The notes beneath the pieces were generated by a model. It saw nothing but the letters and a program-made list of their open reading frames with translations, ran no database searches and was not told the DNA's origin. A stretch of DNA of 64,000 nucleotides, from positions 32,001-96,000 of the forward strand of contig CAVQNT010000001.1 in NCBI GenBank assembly GCA_963714275.1. Direction: 5' to 3'. Origin of the DNA: Candidatus Bathyarchaeota archaeon (lineage in GTDB: Archaea > Thermoproteota > Bathyarchaeia > Bathyarchaeales > DTEX01). Position 1 is the stretch's first letter. The number at the start of each line of letters is the position of its first letter. This document shows positions 20,577 through 32,019 of the stretch, piece after piece. Made by a program: the position numbers and the translations under genes.

Positions 20577-21944
20577 ATGTCAACTTCCAAAGTTGGTTTT
20601 ATACCCTGTGGCGTTCATGTTAAAATGAAAGATACTTTTGGTCGTCCTTTGATTGACCATCAAATGATTGAACAAGCGGTGAACAGCCTAAAAGACATTG
20701 GGCTTGATGTTTACAGATTCAATGAATTTGTACGCACAAAGAAAGGCGCAGCAATGGCTATAAACAATGTAGAAAAAGAAAACGTGGATTGCATAATACT
20801 TTATGTGGCTTCATGGCTTTGGGCATCAGAGATTGTCGGCGCAGCAACTTCCAGTTCTAAGCCAATTCTCATATGGACAACTCCGATTTCACAAGGCTGG
20901 GGGACTGGTGGAGCGCTGGTGCTTCATGGAGCATTCGACGAGATTGACCTCAAGCACAAATTTGTCTACGGCTTCCCAGATGACCCCGAGACCATGAAAA
21001 AAATCAAGGGCTACGCCAATGCAGCAAGAATAGTAAATCGGTTGAAGGGATCGACTGTTGGCTTGATAGGAGGAATCAGCATGGGCGCCTTTCCAGGAAG
21101 GGTCGACGAAGCCTTTTGGATGCAAAAGTTCAGCATTAACGTAGATCACGTTGACCAATACGCGATCATCAAAAAGCTGAGCAGATTTCAAAAGACGAAG
21201 TTACAAGGGAATATAAAGAATTAAAGAACATCGCGGGCGATGTTCCTCCCTCAGATGATGTCATGGATCGATCCCTAAGACTCTACTTGGCTATGAAGAA
21301 AGTCATTCAAGAGAACGCGTTTGATTTTACCGCTCTCAAATGTTTCCCAGAAATAGGAGACAATTATGCCACTGCCTGCCTTGCTCAAAGCCTACTTGGA
21401 AACGAGGGCTTTACAAGCGCATGTATAGGAGACTTGAACACAGCCCTCACAGCATACATACTTCAGCTGCTAAGCGGTTTTTCAGTTTTCAACCCAGATA
21501 TACAGCGAGTAAGAAAAAGTGATGGCGTTGTTGTGCTTACTTCTGATGGAACTTGCCCCCTAAATATTGCAGAGAACAAAAAAGAAGTCAAGCTTAGCAA
21601 ACGAGGAGTGTTTGGAGAAGGCGACGCAGACGGAATCTGCGTAGGTCTTATATGCAAACCTGGACCAGTAACACTTGCTCGGCTGATGAGAATTAAGGGG
21701 AAATACTTTATGCACATTTCTCTAGGCGAGTCATACATCCCATCCAAGTCAAAATTACAAAAAGAGGCTAAATGAATGTGGCTTTCCTTGTTGGCCTCAT
21801 GCCTTTATCAAGCTCAAAGGAGACGTTGACCAGTTCGTTCAAAACCAAAGAAGCGAATACATCTCCATGTGCTACGGTGATCTTAAAGAAGAATTGCTGG
21901 ATCTCTGTTACTTGCTTGACATTGAGCCGATAATCACGGATTAA
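20577..21944 (+). CDS. L-fucose/L-arabinose isomerase family protein (frameshifts ~21180 and ~21770)
   Basis: KHKFVYG, VGLIGG.SMG, ALKCFPE, ACIGDLN, CKPGPVTLARL; third segment CGFPCWPHAFIKL...CYGDLKEELLDLCYLLDIE. Confidence 0.8.
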
Positions 21945-22324
21945 AATTATGTTGGGTGCAACATAGCCTTCTCAAATCACACAGAATCGAATTAGGGCGA
22001 CAGCGAGTTCTCGATTTTCCAGTATCTTCAGATGAAGTCTAAAGTTACAGCTGTTACTCAATCGCCGTCTGAATCATCTAATACGAGAATGCTTCGACTA
22101 TTAAGATAAATCAAAGAAACGTTTCCTTGTCTTGGCTTGCGAAGTTTTTCGATGTACGTGTTTTGAAGAATCCGATTTGTGTATCTATTTCCAAAAAGAA
22201 TACCTGGAGCCCCTTTTCTCTTCCCCAATTGTACCTCAGTAGATGAGCGCACTTCTGGCTGTCTTTGCTTCCACGCTTATATACGTTCAAGATTAGTAAA
22301 TGAAGCTTAACGGAGAGTTGTTCA

Positions 22325-23049
22325 ATGAGCCAAACTAAGCATGTGTTCGAAACGAAAATCGAGAAAAAGGTGACCCTAAAGTACCTGCTTTACCTGCCGA
22401 AAGGCTACAACAAGAAACGGGACGCCGAGTGGCCGACAATCCTGTTCCTGCACGGGATGGGCGAGAGGGGAGACGACCTTGAAATTGTCAAGAAGCACGG
22501 AATCCCCAAGATCGCTGAGGGAAAGGACGATTTTCCGTTCATCGCCATCTCGCCGCAGTGCCCCGTGACTTCCTTGTGGACAACGATGATGGATGAGCTT
22601 CACGCCTTACTCGTGGACGCTGTGCAACGGTACAAAGTTGACGAATCACGCGTCTACCTGACTGGGCTAAGCATGGGAGGATACGGAGCGTGGTACCTAG
22701 CTGGACTTACCCAGAGCTTTTCGCAGCGGTGGTTCCCATCTGCGGAGGTATGGTCCGAGACTCAGAATTTCGGGATAGGATCGAAGCTCTAAAAGACGTG
22801 CCGATCTGGATTTTTCACGGCGCAAAGGACGAAGCTGTGCTGATTAAAAACTCGAAAGAACTTTACAATGCTCTCAAAAAGCTTGGAGGAAACGTGAAGT
22901 TCACCGTTTACTCAGATTTGGGTCACGATTCGTGGACGAAAACCTACGACAATCCTAACCTTTACAAATGGCTGCTTAAACAGAAACGCCAGCCAAAGAA
23001 GGGCATTTTATTAAACAAGGATCTAATGAAGAAGGATTCCTGCATTTAA
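22325..23049 (+). CDS. Phospholipase/carboxylesterase (prolyl-oligopeptidase-like alpha/beta hydrolase), frameshift ~22705
   Basis: ILFLHGMGERG, GLSMGGYG nucleophile elbow, WIFHGAKD, GHDSW. Confidence 0.85.
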
Positions 23050-23184
23050 CAACAAATAGTGCACACTTCCATCTATGACTTTTTACTCTAAAAGACACTC
23101 TCGGAAAAATTTCTAAACCAAAAACCAAGATGACTGGATAGTTCGTTCGAAACATTTAAACCGTTTTTTAGCTGAGTTTATGGC

Positions 23185-23664
23185 ATGCCATTTTCTCGCA
23201 AGTTCAGGGAAGGAATGGGGTTCCCGAAGGAAGGTCAAGTCGTAAATGGGTTTACGGTGGAATCCGTTTCTGTTGGTCACGTTAATGTCGGCGTAGGTCG
23301 ATATGAGTATCCCTTTGAGTTAACTGTTAAAGGAGAAGGAAACATAAACAAAGTCAAAGCCACGTTCAAAGAGTTCTTCAAGACCCGAAGGACGCTTTTC
23401 TCGGAGTTTGGAAACCCGTATCAATGCCAGCACGGAAAAATGGAAGTTAATGACTTGGGCGATGGAAAGTTTTCAGTGACGTCTCGCGGGTCTTGCACAC
23501 GGGTTTTCCTGAAAGACGAATTTGAAAGATTCGTGGCATATCTTACAGAAAACGGGTATGTTGCTGGCGAAAAAGACGAAGTAGGATGGAAAGAAACAAT
23601 CGAAAAATACTTGAAACAATACGAAAAGATCTCATCAAAAAGAAATCAGTCTTCGGTTAACTAG
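23185..23664 (+). CDS. Hypothetical protein
   Basis: 159-aa ORF with BRE/TATA-like CGAAACATTTAAA ~30 nt upstream. Confidence 0.6.
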   Translation: MPFSRKFREGMGFPKEGQVVNGFTVESVSVGHVNVGVGRYEYPFELTVKGEGNINKVKATFKEFFKTRRTLFSEFGNPYQCQHGKMEVNDLGDGKFSVTSRGSCTRVFLKDEFERFVAYLTENGYVAGEKDEVGWKETIEKYLKQYEKISSKRNQSSVN

Positions 23665-23766
23665 ACCAGCTCTACTCTTTTATTATTCATGAGTTTCCTG
23701 TTCAAGTTAGAGAATAGAAAAAGTTATGCAATGTACGCGGTATAGTCGTTCAGGCGGTTAACACGT

Positions 23767-24888
23767 ATGAGAATGCCACATCGGGAAAGATTCTTCGCCG
23801 CGGTTGACCTGAAGCAGCCGGATATGGTTCCGATCACGGATCTTGGTCTCGATCCGCCGATTATTGAGGCGATTACAGGCGAGAGTCTAGGCGGGTTCAG
23901 CCTCATAGCTGGTTCTGAAGACAATCCATGGGCAGCATCTGTGCAAAGCAGGATTGCTCTTGTAAAAGCGTGCCAGAAGCTTGGGTTTGACGCTATTCCC
24001 GCTATAAGTGACTATGCGCTTTGCAGTGTGGGCTACAAGCCTAAGTTTCTTTCTGCTACCCGGTTTATTGACGAGTGGGGTAGAATATTGGACTCCAGAC
24101 GGGAAACAAAAACAACTTGGTGGGTCAGTGGAACAGTGGAAACCGAAGAGGAAATGGAGAACTATGTGCCGCCTGATCCTAAGGCTGAAGGCATGTACGA
24201 AATGGCTGAAAAAGCCATCAAACCTTTAAAAGATAAGGATGTCGCTGTTGTCTGTCAGGGACACGCAGGTTGGCACATGGCCTTCCAAGTCCGAGGTGGA
24301 ATTGACAAACTCATCATAGACATGTACCGCAAACCCAAAGCAGCCAGTAAATTCATGGAAAAGATTGCTGTTACCTGCCGTGGTATGGTTAAACTGATGC
24401 TTGAAGCCGGCGCGGAAGTGGCGTTCGTTACAGATGACTACGCGGATTGCCATTCGCCGCTGATGAGCCTGAAACAGTTCAGGGAATTCGAGCTTCCCAA
24501 CATCCGCAGCATGGTCGCTTTAGCTAAAAAGAAGGGAGTTCCAGTTCTAAAACATTCAGACGGAAACATTTACCCAATTCTCGACGACATGATTGAAGCT
24601 GGAATCCATGGCGTCCACCCAATTGAGCCGGGAGCAATGGACCTGAAAGACGTGAAGGAAAGGTACGGAAGTCGAATCTGCATCCTAGGCAACGTTGACT
24701 GCCGTTATGTTCTGCCCTTTGGAACCGAGGAGGATGTGCGCCGAGATGTTCGCCGATGCATAGACGCTGCAGCCAAAGGTGGAGGCTACGTTCTCGCATC
24801 AAGCAACTCTCTGCACGCAAACTGCAAGGTTGAAAATATTTACACCATGATTGACGAAGCCCGAAAATATGGTAAATATCCTGTTTAG
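23767..24888 (+). CDS. Uroporphyrinogen decarboxylase / MtaA-CmuA superfamily protein
   Basis: DEWG, VTDDYA, KHSDGN, HPIEP.AMD, LGNVD, GGYVLASSNS. Confidence 0.85.
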   Translation: MRMPHRERFFAAVDLKQPDMVPITDLGLDPPIIEAITGESLGGFSLIAGSEDNPWAASVQSRIALVKACQKLGFDAIPAISDYALCSVGYKPKFLSATRFIDEWGRILDSRRETKTTWWVSGTVETEEEMENYVPPDPKAEGMYEMAEKAIKPLKDKDVAVVCQGHAGWHMAFQVRGGIDKLIIDMYRKPKAASKFMEKIAVTCRGMVKLMLEAGAEVAFVTDDYADCHSPLMSLKQFREFELPNIRSMVALAKKKGVPVLKHSDGNIYPILDDMIEAGIHGVHPIEPGAMDLKDVKERYGSRICILGNVDCRYVLPFGTEEDVRRDVRRCIDAAAKGGGYVLASSNSLHANCKVENIYTMIDEARKYGKYPV

Positions 24889-24972
24889 GTAAATTGATTG
24901 AGCCTTGTTTCTTTGTTTTTAAAAGGAAATCGGGAAAGCTAGCTATTTCGACTTCCGAAAGCACTTTTTCTT

Positions 24973-25449
24973 TTAGTCTTTTAAAGAGCCCGTTGAAGCT
25001 TTCACAATCTCTTTCAACTCTGATATACGTCGGCTTCGTGTCTCAGCTGCTTTCTTGAAGGCTCTCGGTATTGTGGCAAGTAACTGCCCCGAACGCTCAG
25101 CAGCACTCACGTAAAATTCAACGACCCTTTCTTCCAGCTTTAATGCTGTCTTCAAATCGTCTGTGTAAATAACCTTTTCTGATAGAACTGCTTTGATATG
25201 TAGGTCACTGAGTCTTAAGCCTTTGAAAGAGAAACAAGCCTCAAGAGCGTCTGTAATTGTCTCTTGGTAAGTTCTAGTCACCAAAGTCCTGCTTTTTTCG
25301 CATTCTTTAGCAAACTTTAGGAACGTTTCTTTGTTCTTGGTGTATTTATCAGCCATTTCTCTGTAAAACCGAGAGGAGTCGGTCTCAAGCCTTTCGACGA
25401 AGCTTATGACGGCTGAGGCTGTTGCTTCATCCGAGCCCGATTCGTTCAT
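24973..25449 (-). CDS. Ferritin/rubrerythrin-like four-helix protein
   Basis: Duplicated LE..S.RFY / LE..V.EFY helical pattern; co-oriented directly after mmsA. Confidence 0.55.
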   Translation of the reverse strand: MNESGSDEATASAVISFVERLETDSSRFYREMADKYTKNKETFLKFAKECEKSRTLVTRTYQETITDALEACFSFKGLRLSDLHIKAVLSEKVIYTDDLKTALKLEERVVEFYVSAAERSGQLLATIPRAFKKAAETRSRRISELKEIVKASTGSLKD

Positions 25450-25450
25450 G

Positions 25451-26974
25451 TTAGAACCACCTTTGGATGACGACTTTGCTTTCGGTGAAGAACCTGATTG
25501 CCTCTTGACCTTGTCCGTGCAACACGCCGAAGAAGGAGTTTTTCATTCCGCTGAAGGGAAAGAACGCCATTGGGGCAACTATGCCTATGTTGACGCCGAT
25601 GTTGCCGCATTGAACCCTGTACTGGAACTCGCGAGCCCATTTTCCGCTTGAGGTGAATATTGACGCTGCGTTGCCGTAGGGATTGCTGTGAATCATTTCA
25701 ACCGCTTCATCAAAGGTCCTAGCCTTAATGACGCATGTTACGGGTCCAAAAATTTCGTCTTTTCCGATGCTCATGTCAGGAGAAACATTCTCGAACACAG
25801 ACGGATTCAGGAAGCAGTCTTTAGGCCAATCGCCGACGAGCTTCACGTTTCTGCCATCAAGCATTAAATCAGCACCTTCTTCGACCCCTTTCTCTATAAA
25901 TTTTATGACCTGTTCTTTTTTGCCCTTGTCACGTAAAGGTCCAACTTGGACCGTTTCGTCGAGCCCATAGCCGACCCTGATTTTTGACGCTGCATTCACG
26001 TAGGCGTTCATGACCTTCTTGTAGAACGCGTCATATTCTGGTTCGCTGATTCCCTCGCCCACGACGACGAGGTTTCCTCCAGCAAGGCAACGTTGACCCG
26101 CATTTCCATAGAAAGACGTCATACAAGAAGCAACAGTTTTTTCTATGTCAGCATCGGGCATCACCAAAAGAAAGTTTTTGGCGCCACATTGGGCGATAAC
26201 CCTTTTGCCTGTTTCGCCGCACTTCCTGTAGACAACGTCTCTTCCGACGGCGGTGGAGCCGACGAAACAGATTCCTTCAATGTCAGGATGGTTCAGCATG
26301 GCTGAAACAGTCGACCGTCCGCCGTTGACGATGTTCCAAACGCCCGGCGGGAACCCCGCTTCTTCAACCAGCTCAGCCAATTTGGCTTGGCTTACGGGGT
26401 CCTCGCTTGAGGGCTTCATGACTATGCAGTTTCCCGCCGCGACAGCGTATGGGGCGAACCAAAGTGGAACCATAAACGGAAAGTTGTAGGGACCTATTAT
26501 GCCGAATACTCCGAGCGGCTGACGAATAAGGTATTCATCTATACCCGCAGCGATGTCTTCCAAGTTGTAGCCCATCATCAAAGACGGAATGCCCGTAGCG
26601 ACCTCGATTTGTTCGATTCCTCGCCTTGTTTCCCCACGTGCCTCATCGATAGTTTTTCCGTGCTCCATTGTCTGAATTCGACTTAGCGCTTCAAACTGTT
26701 CCTCCACAAGGTCTTTTAACCTGAAAAGGCACCTTGCACGGGCAAGCGGGGGAGTCCTCCGCCAGTCTGGGAAGGCTTCTTTTGCTACGTCGACAGCTTC
26801 GTTTAATTCGTTTTCAGTCGAAATGGGAACCCGCGCTATAACCTTAAGCGTAGCTGGGTTAACGACGTCCACGATTTCTCCTTTCGACTCAACCCATTCG
26901 TTGCCTACGTAGTTTTTGATGTCAAGAATCTTTTTAATCGGTTCTTCCAATACAGTCATACTATAGTCCTCCAA
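25451..26974 (-). CDS. mmsA: CoA-acylating (methyl)malonate-semialdehyde dehydrogenase
   Basis: PYNFPFMVPLW, FVGST, GAKNF, GNAGQRCLA, EIFGPV, GVNIGI.APMAFFPFSG.K.SFFG. Confidence 0.92.
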   Translation of the reverse strand: MEDYSMTVLEEPIKKILDIKNYVGNEWVESKGEIVDVVNPATLKVIARVPISTENELNEAVDVAKEAFPDWRRTPPLARARCLFRLKDLVEEQFEALSRIQTMEHGKTIDEARGETRRGIEQIEVATGIPSLMMGYNLEDIAAGIDEYLIRQPLGVFGIIGPYNFPFMVPLWFAPYAVAAGNCIVMKPSSEDPVSQAKLAELVEEAGFPPGVWNIVNGGRSTVSAMLNHPDIEGICFVGSTAVGRDVVYRKCGETGKRVIAQCGAKNFLLVMPDADIEKTVASCMTSFYGNAGQRCLAGGNLVVVGEGISEPEYDAFYKKVMNAYVNAASKIRVGYGLDETVQVGPLRDKGKKEQVIKFIEKGVEEGADLMLDGRNVKLVGDWPKDCFLNPSVFENVSPDMSIGKDEIFGPVTCVIKARTFDEAVEMIHSNPYGNAASIFTSSGKWAREFQYRVQCGNIGVNIGIVAPMAFFPFSGMKNSFFGVLHGQGQEAIRFFTESKVVIQRWF

Positions 26975-26978
26975 AATA

Positions 26979-28195
26979 TCATTTTATTCCTAATTTTTCG
27001 TTAATTTCATTCTGGTAACTCTCAATTTCGCAGTTTTCAACCTCACTCACCTTCACTGGTTTACCAATATATGAAGACTCGAATATCGCCATGGGCACAG
27101 CCACAGCCTTAGCTCCCAAAACGCCGTCAACTTCAGGTCTCCCATGATTCAATATGGCGTCGGCGAAGTCCAGAATCTCAATGGCAAAGCTCGGGTCGCT
27201 TCCCCAAAAAGTGGCTTTATAGTCTGAGCCTAATCCTTTAGGGAAGAATTTTTCTCTTGACTCTTCGCTGAGGTTACGAAGCATCATGTCTGTCAACTTT
27301 TCGAGCTCCAAAACTTTATGTACAGAACCATTTGCAGCGGGAACGCCAAGACCGTGTTGCCAATCGACAGAACCTCGAGTTCCATAAATTGCCCGGTGCA
27401 ACAAACCTTCTCCAGGAGCGGATTTTGTCCAAGTCCACTGACCCAGAACTCCATTATTGAATTTGAAAACAGCCATAGACATGTCTTCGACGGTGCAATC
27501 AACAGGCTTCTTTTTCTCTGGCCAATCCAGATAGCGCACTGGTTCCAGAGACTTGACGGCTGCGTAAACTTCATCGATTTCGCCAAGATTGTAAAGCAGC
27601 AGATCGCCCAAGTGCGACCCGACGTCTAAAACCCATCCGCCGCCAGCTCTAAACTTGTCGTGACGCCAAGGGGTCCCGTCAACAACGCTGAGGTCGTAGG
27701 TTAATTCCTGCCAGACGGTGAAGCGGGGGTCGCCTATCATCCCTTGGTCTATGACCCACTTGATGGCACGGTTCAGTGCTGCCCTCCGAAGGTTTTCGGC
27801 TGTTGCTAAAACGCGGTTGTTTCTATTTGCACTTCGTTCATGAGCCTGCATGCCCTCATCGTTATTCCTAGGGGCTTTTCGACAATAGCGTGTTTGCCAG
27901 CATCAAGGCACGAAACCGCTATGTTGTGGTGGCTTCTGTGGTCGGTGCAGATGTCAACAGCGTCAAGACCCTTTTCCTTCTCCAGCATGGTTTCATAGTT
28001 AGTGTAAACCTTTGGCTTTTTTTCCTGAAAACTGCCTATTTCCTCAGCGAGCCTTTGAGCCTTCTCTATTGTGGTGCTGCAGACGGCTTGAAGGTTGATT
28101 TTTTGGATGTTTCTGCTGCGAAGTAGGCTAAGCCCTGCTGCATGGTGATGAGAAATTAAGCCGCATCCTATGATTGCCAAGTTGATTTCGGACAT
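26979..28195 (-). CDS. Gfo/Idh/MocA family oxidoreductase (frameshift ~27830)
   Basis: IIGCGLIS..H, IVEKPL, AENLRR, GGGWVLDVGSH..D. Confidence 0.85.
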
Positions 28196-28296
28196 AGACT
28201 CACTTTTTTTCCGTATATTGTTCTTTATGGATATTTAATCTTATAGATGAACAGGTGAACCAAACGGGTTTTTTCAGGAAAAAGACAAAAAAATTT

Positions 28297-29659
28297 CTAG
28301 AAAATTCTATAATACGGGTCGACGTTACTGCCGACAGATTCAGTATTTCCTACGAGATGCTGTACGTTCATGGGAAGACTTGTTGTAGACTCCGATTTCC
28401 GCGTTTTTCTTCCAAAACGCATTCTCGATTACATAATACAGGACGGGAAAGACGGGCTTGCCCCTTTCTTCGAAGCCGATTAGGGCGATGTCAACGGCGA
28501 GACCGACTTTTTTTCCCAGAGGATTCTCGGTGTAAGGCGTGACCGCGCCATAACCTTCTTGGCATTCTGAGCATCCCATGTTGTGGATGAAAGTGTAAGG
28601 TTCATGGGGAGCGCCTACGCCTTGGTCTATGGTGTTTACTTTAAGTGTTTCGATGAACTTTTTCCCCTGCTGGTCAATGTATTTCGAAGGAAGACTTTCT
28701 TTTGCAGCTTTCTTCGTTGCATCCATAACCGTAACGTACAGACTTTCAACTGCTTCAATAAATCCTTGCTGTTGAGCGTCAGGTTCCTTCCCCGCACACA
28801 CTGTGCGCCTTATTACGCCGTGGTACCCCCTGAAGGACGGACTTAAGCCCATCGAGACCATTTCTCCTTTTCGGATAATCTTGTTTGTCGCTGGCCCTAT
28901 CACCGTATAGTTTCTCTCGCCAGAGGTCACGATCGTGACGAAACCCGTTCTTTCGGCGCCTAACGCCTTCATAACGAAGTCTCCAACGGAAGCGACCTGA
29001 AGCTCCGTCGCCCCCGGCACCGTGACAGCCAACATCCCTCTGAACGCGGCATCAGCGATTTTGTTAGCTTCCTGAAGTATGGCGAGCTCGTTGTCCGACT
29101 TTTCGTACTTTGCTAATTGTAAAATCTCGGCGTCGAAGACCACGTTGTCTTTTCTGAAGTGCGATTGAAACATTAACAACTGGGCTTGAGGCAAAACCTC
29201 CGTTGCTGAGGCTACCGCAACTTTTCCTTCGCATTCGGGAACATTCATTTTCTTCAAAATCTGTTTCAAGCCAAGAAAGTGTGCCCACCTGTACTCCTCG
29301 TCGGAAATCTGGAACTCCCTAAGCAGCGAAATCTCAGCTCCTGATTTTTCAGCATCTTCTTCGAGGACGTGGCCTCCTTCAGAGCCTGCTAGAATGTGCG
29401 GTTTTCCTTCGCGCGGCAACAAAACGCCATATCGTTCAATCATTGGGTCAAATGTGCCTACAAGCCAAGCGGAGTCGCTTCTGTCCAGTTCGCTTCCGCA
29501 GACATACAGCAGATCGTAACCTTTCTTGTCCATGGCTTCTTGGATTTTTTTCCATCTTTCTTCGTACTCTTTCCGTGAGACATGCAAATCCGTTTTGATT
29601 GTTGAGGCGAACTCATCAAGGATTTGTCCCGCTATTTTGCTTAAATTCTTGTTTTCCAA
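28297..29659 (-). CDS. M24 (pita-bread) fold protein, Xaa-Pro peptidase/creatinase-like (C-terminal frameshift ~28380)
   Basis: N-terminal creatinase domain (EYEERW.KIQ.AM...GYD), KSDNEL..LQEANKIAD, PGATELQVA, GYHG.IRRT. Confidence 0.75.
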
Positions 29660-29698
29660 TATACTTCACCTGTCAAAATTTTGCTTCATGAGACCGTC

Positions 29699-31033
29699 TC
29701 ATCCGCTATTTTTATCGATGAATTGAGGCAGATACTTACTGTGCGCCTTAAGCAGTTCAGAACATATCTTCTCAGCCTTATCAAATGTTACGGGCCATCT
29801 GGGATGAGCCATGAGCGCCTGCAACAACAATTCTTTGTCGCCTGAAAGCGCTGCGTCAACGGTTAACTCTTCCCAGTGAATTATGGCGGAGGCTAGCTCT
29901 TGCAGGCCTTTAGGAAGCTTTCCCATGCAAAGCGGTCTTATGCCGTTTGCGTCAATCAACGCGGGAACTTCAACTATTGAGCCATGGGGCAAATTATGGA
30001 TTGCTCCTTCGTTCGGGATGTTCAGATGCAATTCTGTCTGCCTGTTTGCTGCAATAGCCATGATTATTTGTGTAGCTAAGTCGCCATGGGTTACACCAGT
30101 GTGATGCATGCTGCTGTCCATTAGGGTCATAGACTCTCCTCTCGCTATTGTTTCGTATTTTTTCCATTGTATCGGGAGTTCCTTCATGAACGTTCTGTAT
30201 AGTGACCAACATCCGTTTCTGTAGAAGGCTAGGGCTTCATCGTGATGAAAATACGGGAACAGATACACTGAGTTCGCTGGATAAAAGCCGTAGATTTCCA
30301 TAATCTCTGCGTCGAATTCAAACTCCCTCTTAATCTCTGGCTTTTCAGCCTTCTCAATTTCGTCTATTATGTGCTGTTCAAGAAGGGGATAACCGTCTTC
30401 ACCGTTGACCCGAATGTCGATTATCCAGTTGGCTGGGTGATTTGTGCCTGCGCACCTGAGACAAACTTCCTCTTTTCTCTTTTTGAAGGATTCTGCTAAT
30501 TCGTGACTTAATCCGTTGCCTCCTCCGTCACAGACTGCTATGCACTTGATTTTGCTCTTACGGCGTATTGCGTCAGCAACAAAATTGGTCGGATTAGTGT
30601 AATTAATCAGCCAAGCGTCTGGACAATTGATTTCTATGCTTCTGCACAGATTCAGCATCTGCGGTATGGAACGCAAGGCATAAAATGTCCCACCGGGGCC
30701 GGTCGTTTCGTTTCCATAAATGCCATACTTTACTGGGATTTCTTCGTCCAGTCTGAGGCTTTCGATTCCGCCTGCCCGGAAATTCGATATAACAAACGTT
30801 GATCCGTCGAGAGATTCCTTCAAATCGGTTGTTGCCGTAATTTTTAATTTGCTTTTTGCTTCCTCCGCAATTTTTATGCCCAACGCCTGCATCAAAGGTA
30901 ACCGAGAAGGATTAATGTCCATTAGACAAATCTCAGTTTCTGAGAAAACTTCTCCCGAGTGGGCAAACGAGTACAAAACAGCGGGAATGTAGGGGCTGCA
31001 GCCACCGATTATGGCAATCTTGTTAATATTCAT
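29699..31033 (-). CDS. Glycoside hydrolase family 4 (NAD+/Mn-dependent)
   Basis: KIAIIGG.S.Y, DE.IP.KYG..G.ET.GPGG..YALRSIP, WLINYTNP, AVCD, GTNH, VEVPA, ALMAHP. Confidence 0.9.
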   Translation of the reverse strand: MNINKIAIIGGCSPYIPAVLYSFAHSGEVFSETEICLMDINPSRLPLMQALGIKIAEEAKSKLKITATTDLKESLDGSTFVISNFRAGGIESLRLDEEIPVKYGIYGNETTGPGGTFYALRSIPQMLNLCRSIEINCPDAWLINYTNPTNFVADAIRRKSKIKCIAVCDGGGNGLSHELAESFKKRKEEVCLRCAGTNHPANWIIDIRVNGEDGYPLLEQHIIDEIEKAEKPEIKREFEFDAEIMEIYGFYPANSVYLFPYFHHDEALAFYRNGCWSLYRTFMKELPIQWKKYETIARGESMTLMDSSMHHTGVTHGDLATQIIMAIAANRQTELHLNIPNEGAIHNLPHGSIVEVPALIDANGIRPLCMGKLPKGLQELASAIIHWEELTVDAALSGDKELLLQALMAHPRWPVTFDKAEKICSELLKAHSKYLPQFIDKNSG

Positions 31034-31108
31034 CTATTCCACCCTGTCAATTTTTTTACATGTTTTTCTATATTGCCATGGTTCGTTGTTCATTCAGGGT
31101 GACCCTTT

Positions 31109-32019
31109 TTACAATCCCGTAATTTTCTTAAGCCGCGGATTGTATGCCTCGTCGAGCCCGATGTTGATCAGGTTCAGCGAAACGAAAATTAGAACCAGAA
31201 ACAGTATTGGCGGAATAATCGCGTATAGTCTCGTAGTTAGGAAACCTTGGGCAATTGCTAGTTTCACGAGGTAGCCAAGAGTTACCAAGTTAATTGGGCC
31301 TACGCCTATTAACATCCTAAATCCTGTTTCGATCATCATGGCTGCCAGTATGGCTTCTGCAAACCCGACTCCAATGTACGGAAGAACGTTGGGGGCAATT
31401 TCTTTGAAAATGACCTCTAAATCGTTCTCTCCGGACAGTTTAGCCAGTTCAACATACGGTCTCTCTTTGACGCTTAAGACCTGAGACCTTAAAAGCCGCG
31501 TTACGCCGGGCCAGCCAAAAATTCCTATTATTAAGCTTAGACTGAGTATGTCCATTTGTTTCAGGTACAACGTCAGGAAAATTACTAACGGCCACGTCGG
31601 AATGACCAATAATGCGTCTGTTATGGACCTTAACGCGTGATCCACCAGTCCCCCTTTGTATCCACTAAGAACCCGATTGTTAACGCTATCAGTATGTCGA
31701 TGATGCCAGCCACCAACCCTATTGTCAAAGTGTATCTTGTTCCCATAAGAAGCAAGGCGAACATGTCTCGACCGTATGGATCGGTTCCTAAAGGAAGCGA
31801 ATATGATGGAAGCAGATATCCTGAATGTTCTCCAATCTCCAAGGGGCTTTTTCCATTAAGCCTATAGTAATTTATCGCGGGTTCAAGAAGTGATATGGCT
31901 ATAAAAATTGCCAACAACGATATACCTATCTTTGTTTTAAGGTTCATTCTTGCGATGCTTACTATGACCTTGAACGGGTACAGCAGAATCTTTTTTATTT
32001 TGATTCTTTTAGCCTCCAA
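31109..32019 (-). CDS. Dpp/Opp-type ABC permease (DppC-like), frameshift ~31655
   Basis: PLGTDPYGRD, RSQVLSVKERPYVELAK.SG, PN.LP. Confidence 0.85.

Noticed and set aside
21990-22252. Possible degenerate ceramidase-like gene relic (ILVLDD...VTAVTLD)
   Set aside because: Resemblance too short and interrupted to support
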